This document shows positions 14,286 through 24,179 of a stretch of 32,000 nt of DNA, piece by piece. The position numbers were made by a program, and so were the translations under genes. The notes under the pieces are model-generated. The model saw only the letters and a program-made list of their open reading frames with translations. It was not told where the DNA came from and did not search any database. The DNA comes from Candidatus Saccharimonadota bacterium. Lineage in GTDB: Bacteria; Patescibacteriota; Saccharimonadia; Saccharimonadales; Saccharimonadaceae. The stretch covers positions 60,001 to 92,000 of the forward strand of contig CP075337.1 of the NCBI GenBank assembly GCA_025349965.1, written 5' to 3'. The stretch's first letter is position 1, and every line of letters begins with the position of its first letter.

Positions 14286-15149
14286 ATGGGTAGGAGTGTA
14301 TATAAAAACGTGAAAAAAACAGTCACATTACTTACTGTAGTGCTGAGCTTTGCTTCAGTGGTGTTCTTTGGGTCGCTTGTGGGTGCCGTGACTTCAAGCG
14401 GTGGTGCACAGCCCTATAAGGCAGATGGCAAAATTGATAACGGCACAATCGTTCAGCTCACCACTAAAGACTCGGGGCGCGTAAAGGTTGCCAAGCAACA
14501 GGAGCTCCAGAATATGTTCGGGGTGACGATTGACCGTGGTCTCTTACCATTTACAATGTCGAACGAAGGCTCGGAAGGTGACGTTTATGTTGCGGCCTCT
14601 GGAACGTACAATGTCTTGGTAAGCACGCAGGCGGGTGTTATAAAATCGGGTGACTACATTACCCTCTCTGCCATTGACGGTATTGGCATGAAGGCCGGTA
14701 CAGAAGAAAAGACGGTATTTGGGCGCGCAAACGCAGGCTTTGACGGCACAGGGGTGGTACTCGGTACTGTCACACTCAAAGACGTCAACGGTAAGGAAAA
14801 TGATGCGGTGAAGATTGGTACGATTCCGGTGACAATTAACATTCAGCGCAACCCTAATATAAAGAGTACAAAAACGAAAGTACCCGAGTTCCTTGAGCGG
14901 ATTGGGCAAGCAATTGCAGAAAAAGAAGTGAGCGCGCTTCGCATCTATTTAAGCCTCGGTATTACTGCGGTGAGTATTATTGCGGCAATCGCGATCCTTT
15001 ATGCGGGTGTGCGTAATAGTGTTATTTCAATCGGTCGTAATCCAATGTCTAAAAAGTCGGTATTCCGGGCGTTGATGGAGATTATTTTGACGAGTATTCT
15101 TATTCTCGTAATTGGTCTCTTTGCGGTATACTTATTATTAAGGTTATGA
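14286..15149 (+). CDS. ATPase-operon gene 1: signal-peptide protein with a ~190-aa extracytoplasmic domain and a C-terminal two-helix membrane hairpin; unknown family
   Basis: N-terminal VTLLTVVLSFASVVFFGSLVGAV and a beta-rich middle region. The C-terminus is LRIYLSLGITAVSIIAAIAILYAGVRNSVISIGRNPMSKKSVFRALMEIILTSILILVIGLFAVYLLL. Extended -10 TGCTATACT at 14261-14269. Sits where Fo genes are normally found. Confidence 0.55.
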   Translation: MGRSVYKNVKKTVTLLTVVLSFASVVFFGSLVGAVTSSGGAQPYKADGKIDNGTIVQLTTKDSGRVKVAKQQELQNMFGVTIDRGLLPFTMSNEGSEGDVYVAASGTYNVLVSTQAGVIKSGDYITLSAIDGIGMKAGTEEKTVFGRANAGFDGTGVVLGTVTLKDVNGKENDAVKIGTIPVTINIQRNPNIKSTKTKVPEFLERIGQAIAEKEVSALRIYLSLGITAVSIIAAIAILYAGVRNSVISIGRNPMSKKSVFRALMEIILTSILILVIGLFAVYLLLRL

Positions 15150-15178
15150 TTAGTATTTAATCAAAAGAGTGGGAAACT

Positions 15179-15916
15179 ATGGGGCTATTTAGTCGTAAAA
15201 AACACACAAGTAATTCGCCAGAGGACGTAGAGTTCTTTTTTGACGAACATTTTAGCGAAGAGCTTCGTAATCGAGGGCGATGGTATTTTGAAAATATTAT
15301 CAAAGAGAACGCAGAGCGCTTTCAGGAAGATCTTGACGCAACTATCAAGCAGGTTAATGTTGAGCTGAAGGATCAGATTACTGCTCGGTTGAGCGAGTCG
15401 GTAACAGAAATCAGTGCCGAGCTAAAAGAGCATGTGGCCGTTCAGGTGCAAGAGCAGCTCTCTGGTTTTGCATCATCAATGAAAGAGTCGCAAGATAGGG
15501 CGCTGGGCTCACTTCAAGAAAGTGCAGACTCTCTCAAGGGCCAGTATGAAGAACTTCGTACAACGCTGCGCAAAAGTGTAGATGATCAGAAAGTGACACT
15601 CACGAATGTATTCGAAGAGAATAAGGTTCGTATTGCGGCCATGCACGACGCCCAGAATATGGCGCTTGAGTCGTTGAGTCATAGCGTTGAGGCGTTGCAA
15701 AAGCAACACGACAAGCTTAAGCATACACTCGAAAAGCATGTGGAAGCCCAGCAGGAGCTCTTTATTGATGCCTTTAAGAATAATATGGCCCAAGTTGTTG
15801 AGCATTATGTACTGGATGCACTGAGTGGCCAGTACGATCTTAAGGATCAACTTCCATCAATTATTCAACAAATGGAAGACAAGAAGCAGGCGATTGTGGA
15901 CGACATGAAGTTATGA
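15179..15916 (+). CDS. ATPase-operon gene 2: soluble all-helical coiled-coil protein (possible peripheral-stalk, b-like, but with no TM helix)
   Basis: 245 aa, rich in E/K/Q/L with heptad-like periodicity and no hydrophobic segment. ATGA overlap with the delta-like gene downstream. Confidence 0.5.
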   Translation: MGLFSRKKHTSNSPEDVEFFFDEHFSEELRNRGRWYFENIIKENAERFQEDLDATIKQVNVELKDQITARLSESVTEISAELKEHVAVQVQEQLSGFASSMKESQDRALGSLQESADSLKGQYEELRTTLRKSVDDQKVTLTNVFEENKVRIAAMHDAQNMALESLSHSVEALQKQHDKLKHTLEKHVEAQQELFIDAFKNNMAQVVEHYVLDALSGQYDLKDQLPSIIQQMEDKKQAIVDDMKL

Positions 15917-16440
15917 GTAGTGCCAATGTAGCTGTTTTTGGAAGTTATCTTTTGCCCTCAAGCGTTGCAACGGGGCGTGATCTTGCGCACCTTTTGATGG
16001 AGCTTGAGCGAATTGATAACGAAATGACGGCTGCGGCGGTGCATCATGATACTGAGGGTGAGAACCAAAATGAAAATAAAGAGGTTTTTATCCCCGATCT
16101 TGTTCATGAATTTTTAGAGAAAAATGAATTCTCTCTCGACAACACTAACGATCGAAGCGAAATGATTACCCAGCTACGTCTTCTAAAGCGAAAAGCTCCC
16201 GTGGTACATATGGCCTTTGCTGCAGAAGCCGACTCGTCCATACTTGGCGAGCTTGTAAATTGGTTTCGTGACTCGGTGCATCCGCAGACTATTCTTGTAG
16301 TTGGCTATCAACCAGCTTTGGTTGCGGGCGCGTATATTCGTACGCCAAATCATATTTATGATTTGAGCCTACGTTCTGCTTTTAAGCAGGGGCGAGAGAA
16401 GCTTCTCGGTGAATTGGAGGCGTTACGTGGGGACAAGTAA
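15913..16440 (+). CDS. F-type ATPase delta (OSCP)-like subunit, divergent
   Basis: The C-terminal half APVVHMAFAAEADSSILGELVNWFRDSVHPQTILVVGYQPALVAGAYIRTPNHIYDLSLRSAF follows the OSCP/delta pattern (v.v.sA..l....i...l....v....vd..l.gG..i..g....D.S). Positioned immediately before alpha. Confidence 0.55.
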   Translation: MSSANVAVFGSYLLPSSVATGRDLAHLLMELERIDNEMTAAAVHHDTEGENQNENKEVFIPDLVHEFLEKNEFSLDNTNDRSEMITQLRLLKRKAPVVHMAFAAEADSSILGELVNWFRDSVHPQTILVVGYQPALVAGAYIRTPNHIYDLSLRSAFKQGREKLLGELEALRGDK

Positions 16441-17872
16441 AGTCTTTGACGAATGCGTTGAAAAGGGTGCACCAGTCGGTGAGATCATTGGACTTGATGC
16501 GTTCATGGTAAAGGTGAAGGGGCTCCAGCCCACAAATGTGCACGCCTTGGTGCGTTTTGAAAATGATGTTCGCGGCTATGTGCACCACGTCTATGAAGAC
16601 TACGTCATGATTATGAAGATGGATCCAACTACGCTGACCATTGGGATGGTATGCGTTGTTGAAAGTGATGACATGCAGACGAAGGTAGGGAAGAATTACG
16701 TAGGGCGTGTTATTAATGTGTTCGGTGAGCCAATTGACGACAAGGGTCCGATTGAGCCTGATGATAAGTGGGACGTTTTCCACTCTGCTCCAATGCTTTA
16801 CGAGCGCGAGCTCCTTGATACACAGCTTGAAACCGGAATTACGGTACTTGATATTAACTTTTCACTCGTGCGCGGACAGCGCATGGCGGTACTTGGTGAT
16901 GGTAAGGTAGGAAAGACTGCACTAACAACGCAGATTGCAATCAACCAGAAGAACACTGATATCACAGTGATTTACGTATTGATTGCCAAGCGACAGCGTG
17001 ACGTTGCGCAGTTGGTTGACCGTCTTGAGAAAAACGGCGCCATGGAAAAAGCAATTATTATTGTGACAAACATGTTTGAGTCGCTTGTTCTCACTTATCT
17101 TGCGCCATATATCGGTGCGGCGCATGGTGAGTACTTCTGGCAGAAGCTCGGCATAGATACACTGGTTATTTACGACGACCTTACAAGTCACGCGCAGGCG
17201 TATCGTGAAATCTCGCTTATCGCGGGTGTATCTCCGGGCCGTGACTCATATCCGGGTGACATGTTCTATACGCACTCGTCATTGGTTGAGCGAGCGGGAC
17301 GTATTGCCTCTAATCATGCCAGCCAGACAATTCTGCCAATTATTTACGCTCCAGGTGGTGATATTACTGCCTATCTTCCAACCAACGTGATGTCTATGAC
17401 GGACGGTCAGTGGATTCTTGATATGAAAGTCTTTAAAGATACGATGCGTCCGGCGGTGAGCACAGGTCTCTCTGTGACGCGCGTGGGTGGTGTTGGTCAA
17501 AATAGTCGCCAAAAGGCGTTGGCGGCCGCGCTTAATAAAACACTGGCTGGGTACCGTCAGGCTGAAGAGTATGCTCACTTCGGTACGGAACTTTCCCCTG
17601 AAGCGCAGGCTGACTACGATAAGGGTGCAATGCTCTTCAAGGCAATGAATCAAGAAATTGGTGAAAATTATAATGTGATGGAGCAGCAGTATATCCTTGA
17701 TATTATTCTCAACTCCGAGCCAGATGACATTCTCGATATCCAGAAGATGAAAGAGCGCGTGCATGAGTACGCCGAGAAAACGGTTGAGAAGGATGATCAT
17801 AGCAACTTTGAGGCACTTCGCGATGCGCTGAAGGCTGAAATCGCCACCAAAAAAGAGGTGAAAAAGAAGTAG
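16409..17872 (+). CDS. atpA: F1 ATPase alpha subunit (divergent)
   Basis: P-loop GDGKVGKT, YDDLTSHAQAYREISLIAGVSPGRDSYPGDMFYTHSSLVERA, GDITAYLPTNVMSMTDGQ, and Arg-finger region LSVTRVGG. The start may instead be GTG 16427 (smaller overlap with delta). Confidence 0.9.
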   Translation: MNWRRYVGTSKVFDECVEKGAPVGEIIGLDAFMVKVKGLQPTNVHALVRFENDVRGYVHHVYEDYVMIMKMDPTTLTIGMVCVVESDDMQTKVGKNYVGRVINVFGEPIDDKGPIEPDDKWDVFHSAPMLYERELLDTQLETGITVLDINFSLVRGQRMAVLGDGKVGKTALTTQIAINQKNTDITVIYVLIAKRQRDVAQLVDRLEKNGAMEKAIIIVTNMFESLVLTYLAPYIGAAHGEYFWQKLGIDTLVIYDDLTSHAQAYREISLIAGVSPGRDSYPGDMFYTHSSLVERAGRIASNHASQTILPIIYAPGGDITAYLPTNVMSMTDGQWILDMKVFKDTMRPAVSTGLSVTRVGGVGQNSRQKALAAALNKTLAGYRQAEEYAHFGTELSPEAQADYDKGAMLFKAMNQEIGENYNVMEQQYILDIILNSEPDDILDIQKMKERVHEYAEKTVEKDDHSNFEALRDALKAEIATKKEVKKK

Positions 17873-17873
17873 T

Positions 17874-20076
<2,203 letters not shown>

Positions 20077-20077
<1 letters not shown>

Positions 20078-20391
20078 TGGCCGAAGAGCAGACGCCAGCT
20101 GAAGTGGTTGAGAAGGAAAACATTTCCCCTCAAGCAGCTGATACCCGCCCGCAAATGGAGGTGAAGATATACGCCCCATTCCGCGTGTACTATGAAGGCA
20201 CTGGCTACAGTGTGAGCGCTAAAAATGAAGTGGGGCCTTTTGATATTCTTCCCATGCACCGTAATTTCCTTTGTATGCTTGTGCCGTGTGACGTAAAAGT
20301 CCAAACACCCGAAGGCGAGAAGATTGTCCCTATCAAGAAAGCTTTAATGCATGTTAAAGCAGACCGCGTTGTTATTTTTGTAGACGTTTAG
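20077..20391 (+). CDS. atpC: F1 ATPase epsilon subunit, short form (beta-sandwich only)
   Basis: 104 aa. MEVKIYAPFRVYYEGTGYSVSAKNEVGPFDILPMHRNFLCML fits the epsilon N-domain (G.fgiLp.H). No C-terminal helical hairpin. TAATG overlap with atpD. Confidence 0.7.
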
Positions 20392-21461
20392 TTCGCTACG
20401 AAATAATCAAATGAGAAAGTCTGATTAGCCGGTGCTGCGTTTGCAGTACAAATACTAAAGTTGGCGTTAGTGCGTGTCACGTAATATTGTGTTTGGCCGG
20501 CGGCCTGTCCTACGGGGCTGACAATTACTCGTGGTTGGCGGTCAAACGGACGGTTGAAGTTGACTTGGCCAAAGCAGCCAGGTGTTGGCCCATTTCCAGT
20601 CTGGATATTAATCGTTCCAGAAGTATCGGAGCCGCTAATTGAGAGCGAGCCGCCACTTCCAAGTACACTGTTGTTAATAGCGCCACGCCCGGGGGTTGGG
20701 CCGGTAAAGCCGATATGGTTTGGCACTTCAAGCTTAGCATTTCCACTTAGAATAAGATTTGTAACAGTGAGTTGGTTGGCGGTTACTGCACCACTGAAGG
20801 TGGTTGCACCAGATACATTAAGATCACGCAGCGTCGTCCCGCCTTGTACGGCGAGCGTATTTTGCACCTGAAGGGTCTGTGTCTGTGTTTGTCCTAGATT
20901 TGCAGCACCTGAAATGGTAATACTCGGCCCTTGGATACTCCCGCCAACTTGAAGATTGCCGGCAATATTTGCGCTGCCACGCATGAGCGTTTGCCCTGCA
21001 ATGATTGCGTTACCTTGAATGGTGAGTGTTTGAGAGTTGTTGCCGACGGAAACGTCAGTATTGGCGAGCTGTTCAAGTGTTTTTTCGGCAAGCTCTTGCG
21101 TGGCGATATCGATTTTCGGATTGGCTTTCTGGTTATTGATGTAGTTAACGACGGTAATTGCCCCCGCTACAATAAGGAGGAGTGCAAAAAACAGGAAGTA
21201 GACGTTGATCTTCCTAAGAAATCGCTTAATTGGTGAAACTTTTTTTACAGGAACTTCTGTTGGGGTTTTCCCTTCGGCTGCATCCTGCTCGGCTTTTTCA
21301 GCATCAAGATCTTCCGGCGTACGGCTGAGGGCATCTGCTGGAGACGACTCGTCCTCGTCAAGATTGCCGCCCTCAAGGTTGCTCGAAGAAGACTCATCAG
21401 GAGTAGCTGACGACGGGGCTTCTTTTACTTCTTCATCTTTGGTAGTTTTGTCTTCGTCCAT
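20388..21461 (-). CDS. Type-II anchored surface protein: acidic cytoplasmic N-terminus, TM helix, beta-helix-like repeats, small C-terminal lectin-like domain
   Basis: Acidic/Ser-rich residues 1-80 and TM helix VYFLFFALLLIVAGAITVV. Degenerate repeats follow (IQGNAIIAGQTLMRGSANIAGNLQVGGSIQGPSITISGAANLG...). The C-terminus FGQVNFNRPFDRQPRVIVSPVG...YYVTRTNANFSICTA...FSFDYFVAN resembles the H-type lectin pattern (weak, by eye). Confidence 0.55.
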   Translation of the reverse strand: MDEDKTTKDEEVKEAPSSATPDESSSSNLEGGNLDEDESSPADALSRTPEDLDAEKAEQDAAEGKTPTEVPVKKVSPIKRFLRKINVYFLFFALLLIVAGAITVVNYINNQKANPKIDIATQELAEKTLEQLANTDVSVGNNSQTLTIQGNAIIAGQTLMRGSANIAGNLQVGGSIQGPSITISGAANLGQTQTQTLQVQNTLAVQGGTTLRDLNVSGATTFSGAVTANQLTVTNLILSGNAKLEVPNHIGFTGPTPGRGAINNSVLGSGGSLSISGSDTSGTINIQTGNGPTPGCFGQVNFNRPFDRQPRVIVSPVGQAAGQTQYYVTRTNANFSICTANAAPANQTFSFDYFVAN

Positions 21462-21537
21462 ATATAAGTATTGATTACGCTTATTGTTATTAGTTTACTA
21501 TAAGCGGTACTTTGTTGCTACAATATAGGTAACGCTT

Positions 21538-22278
21538 ATGCGAAAAGGGAAGTTTCAATTAGGAGCAAAGGGTCTGCTACTTGCTGTAGCTGTTTTTGCC
21601 GTTGCCGTGGGTGGTGTACAGACGGTCTTTGCGGTAACTTCAAGTTCTGAAAACTACCAGCTTACGGAAACGCAATTTAATGGCGGTACGGTAGCTGAAG
21701 GCTGTTCTGAGAAATATTGTACGCAGGCCTCTATTGGCGATACGAGCAGAACAACGGGGAAGAGCTCAGCGGCGTTTGACCCGAAACCGGAAGATGATCC
21801 GGTGTTGGAGGTGATTGTTGATCCTGGCGAATCAAATCTTGGAGTGCTGACAACCGAGCATACCGCCACAAAAACACTGATTGTACGTGTTCGTAATAAT
21901 TTGAGTGAAGGGTATATTGTACAGATTGTTGGTAATGCGCCGAAATTTGGCAATCACTCACTCAAAACAACCAGCACTCCCGAAGCATCAAAGCCGGGAA
22001 CGGAGCAATTTGGTATAAATGTTGTTGCTAATACAACACCGTTGATTGGTGCTGCACCGGCGCAAGTGCCGGGCGGGCAAGGAGTATTTGGAAGCGCAGT
22101 AGATGGCTATAATACACCTAATGTATTTAAGTATGCGAGTGGTGATGTTATTGCAAGGAGCACCAGTGCAACTGGAAGAACAGATTATACCGTCAGCATG
22201 GTGGTGAATATTTCCAACAATACTCCAGCCGGAAAATATACGGGCGATTTTGCCGCCATCGTTATCCCAACCTACTAA
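21538..22278 (+). CDS. Secreted WxL-like (tryptophan-less) surface protein, paralogue A (small)
   Basis: Signal peptide LLLAVAVFAVAVGGVQTVFA. Shared family motifs RNNLSEGYIVQIVG, PGTEQFGINV and VFKYASGDV. C-terminal strand NNTPAGKYTGDFAAIVIPTY-stop. Extended -10 TGCTACAAT at 21516-21524. Confidence 0.6.
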   Translation: MRKGKFQLGAKGLLLAVAVFAVAVGGVQTVFAVTSSSENYQLTETQFNGGTVAEGCSEKYCTQASIGDTSRTTGKSSAAFDPKPEDDPVLEVIVDPGESNLGVLTTEHTATKTLIVRVRNNLSEGYIVQIVGNAPKFGNHSLKTTSTPEASKPGTEQFGINVVANTTPLIGAAPAQVPGGQGVFGSAVDGYNTPNVFKYASGDVIARSTSATGRTDYTVSMVVNISNNTPAGKYTGDFAAIVIPTY

Positions 22279-22367
22279 ATCTGTGGAAAAACTAACCGTA
22301 TTTTTTGCTTAAAATATGGTGAAAAGAGCATTTGCAAAATCTGTGGAAAACTTTTATACATAATGTA

Positions 22368-22396
22368 TTGTACACCCATACTGATAATGCTAAAAT
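22368..22396 (+). promoter_or_regulatory. Candidate promoter of paralogue B
   Basis: TTGTAC (22368-22373), 17-nt spacer, TAAAAT (22391-22396). The 13-mer ATAATGCTAAAAT (22384-22396) recurs upstream of the next gene (24140-24152). A 13-nt palindrome ATACATAATGTAT (22356-22368) abuts the -35. Confidence 0.45.
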
Positions 22397-22468
22397 AGCG
22401 ACGTAACCCTTCTATTTCTATTGTGATTTCAGAGGGAGCAGAAAAATAAACAACAATTAAGGAGACAT

Positions 22469-24043
22469 ATGAGTACATTTACACTCAAGTCAATCGCGCA
22501 ACGCGGATCCATGCTTGTTGCGGCGGCAGGCCTTTTGGCAGCTACCTTCGCACCAGCAGTATTTGCGGACGCGCTCAATCCATTGACCGAACGCTCTTTG
22601 CTACTAAGTAGCTCGGCGCCAGGTTGGCAGGATACGGACGGTTCTGGTTATTCAGAAGCGAATCCAAACCCAGGAGCAGCAGGGTCTGGTGGTACTATCC
22701 CAGGCCACTATGCACCAGCAGGTTCTGGTGCGAATGGTCGCAAGACTGGACAAACATTTAGCTTCCGTATTAGCACCGCTGCTACAGAAAAGGCAATTAA
22801 GGCATTCACACTACAGTATTGTGTTGAGGCTGCAGGTCTTTGTGCAGCACCTGGTGATAACGACGGTGACGGCGGCACTCGCGACAGCAACGCAACCGGT
22901 CTTGCTAAGAAGAAATCCGACCTAGAAGTTAACTATGGCACGGATGCCGATGCTGGTGTAGACTTCAAGATCTATGCAAACAACACAGAAATCGATTACA
23001 CTGGCTGGGAGCTCAAGTCTTCTAACAAGGAAGACGCCGCACATACACGTGCAAAGACTGGTAAGGATAACTTTATCACTCTCCAGACATCAGGTGACGG
23101 AATCGACAACGTGCCTGCGAACGCACAAATTCGTATTGTATTCCTCGCAACAGAGAACAAGTACATTACCAACCCAGGTTCTGGCTCATTCTTCGTAAAG
23201 ATGAATACTTTTGATACTAATGATACAACCCCAGCAGATCACAGCCCTGCTGAATCAAACACACACCTTATCGATGGCGGTGTGACTGTGGCTAATGTAA
23301 TGGCTGATTCAATTCACATTACAACCAAGGTCTTGGAAACTATGCAGTTCTCAGTTGGAACTGAAAACCCTGACCAGAAGGAAGTAACTCTTCCTGCTAC
23401 GCACGGTACTTGTGATGCTATTACAACATCAACAGGCAACCGTCTTCAGCTCGGTAACGTAAATGCTGAAAGCTCACTTGAGACCGGACGTGGATTTGGC
23501 GTAAGCTCATTCTGGCGTCTATCATCTAACTCATCTGGTGGTGCATCAGTCTACTACTCAGGTGAGACACTTACTAACACCGTAGGTGACATGATTGCAC
23601 CAATCGGTGGCAACACTCCTGGCACCGAAACGCTTAGCCTTCCGGGTACAGAGCAGTTTGGTCTAGCATTCCAGAGTCACGGTGCGGCATACAATGCATC
23701 AACTCCAGAAACTAACCCACACTCTGCATCATTTGAGGCAATGATTGGTTCAAATAGTGCATTCCGCACTCCAAACCTCTATGTTCTTAATAAGGCTGCG
23801 GCTTACGACGAGGGCGATGGTTCACTCGGTGTTCTAGGTCAAGGTGGCGAAGCTGCAACTGCGAAGTTCGCATTTGACCGCGGAAGCCTCACTAGCCCGG
23901 TTGCAATTGCAGACAACCTTGGAACTGGCGGTGTTCTTACTTGTGAAACTGCTAAGATGCGCTATGTAGCTAACATCGCAGCAGATACACCAGCTGGTGT
24001 ATACACAACAAAGATTAACTATCTTGCAGCCCCTCAATACTAG
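22469..24043 (+). CDS. Secreted WxL-like surface protein, paralogue B (large; candidate major, highly expressed subunit)
   Basis: Signal peptide MLVAAAGLLAATFAPAVFA. Motifs ERSLLLSSSAPG, GQTFSFRIS, SSNSSGGASVYYSG and PGTEQFGLAF. C-terminal ADTPAGVYTTKINYLAAPQY-stop. Strong SD (AAGGAG 22459-22464). Codon choice looks expression-biased by eye. Has its own terminator. Confidence 0.6.
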   Translation: MSTFTLKSIAQRGSMLVAAAGLLAATFAPAVFADALNPLTERSLLLSSSAPGWQDTDGSGYSEANPNPGAAGSGGTIPGHYAPAGSGANGRKTGQTFSFRISTAATEKAIKAFTLQYCVEAAGLCAAPGDNDGDGGTRDSNATGLAKKKSDLEVNYGTDADAGVDFKIYANNTEIDYTGWELKSSNKEDAAHTRAKTGKDNFITLQTSGDGIDNVPANAQIRIVFLATENKYITNPGSGSFFVKMNTFDTNDTTPADHSPAESNTHLIDGGVTVANVMADSIHITTKVLETMQFSVGTENPDQKEVTLPATHGTCDAITTSTGNRLQLGNVNAESSLETGRGFGVSSFWRLSSNSSGGASVYYSGETLTNTVGDMIAPIGGNTPGTETLSLPGTEQFGLAFQSHGAAYNASTPETNPHSASFEAMIGSNSAFRTPNLYVLNKAAAYDEGDGSLGVLGQGGEAATAKFAFDRGSLTSPVAIADNLGTGGVLTCETAKMRYVANIAADTPAGVYTTKINYLAAPQY

Positions 24044-24065
24044 ATCTCTGGTACTGTATGATTAA

Positions 24066-24099
24066 TTAAAATATGGTCGCGTATGCGACCATATTTTAA
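24066..24099 (+). terminator. Strong hairpin terminator after paralogue B
   Basis: 15-bp perfect inverted repeat TTAAAATATGGTCGC (24066-24080) / GCGACCATATTTTAA (24085-24099) with a GTAT loop. The GC-rich core is followed by ATTTTAAT. Confidence 0.7.
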
Positions 24100-24179
24100 T
24101 GGTAATCGATGCTCTTTTCTGCCTGTTCGCTCTTCTTATATAATGCTAAAATTAATCTATAAGATTAGTAAGATAAGAG

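Noticed and set aside
14934-15146. The C-terminal hairpin of the 287-aa ATPase-operon protein resembles an Fo c subunit. It has a helix, a GRNP loop (compare ARQPE/ARNPE), then a helix, and the loop-to-C-terminus length is similar.
   Set aside because: Helix 1 lacks the GxGxGxG packing motif. The only acidic residue in helix 2 (E in RALMEII) lies ~6 residues earlier than the conserved ion-binding carboxylate, near the loop rather than mid-membrane. It is kept only as an open question under the ATPase finding, and an HHpred run would decide it.
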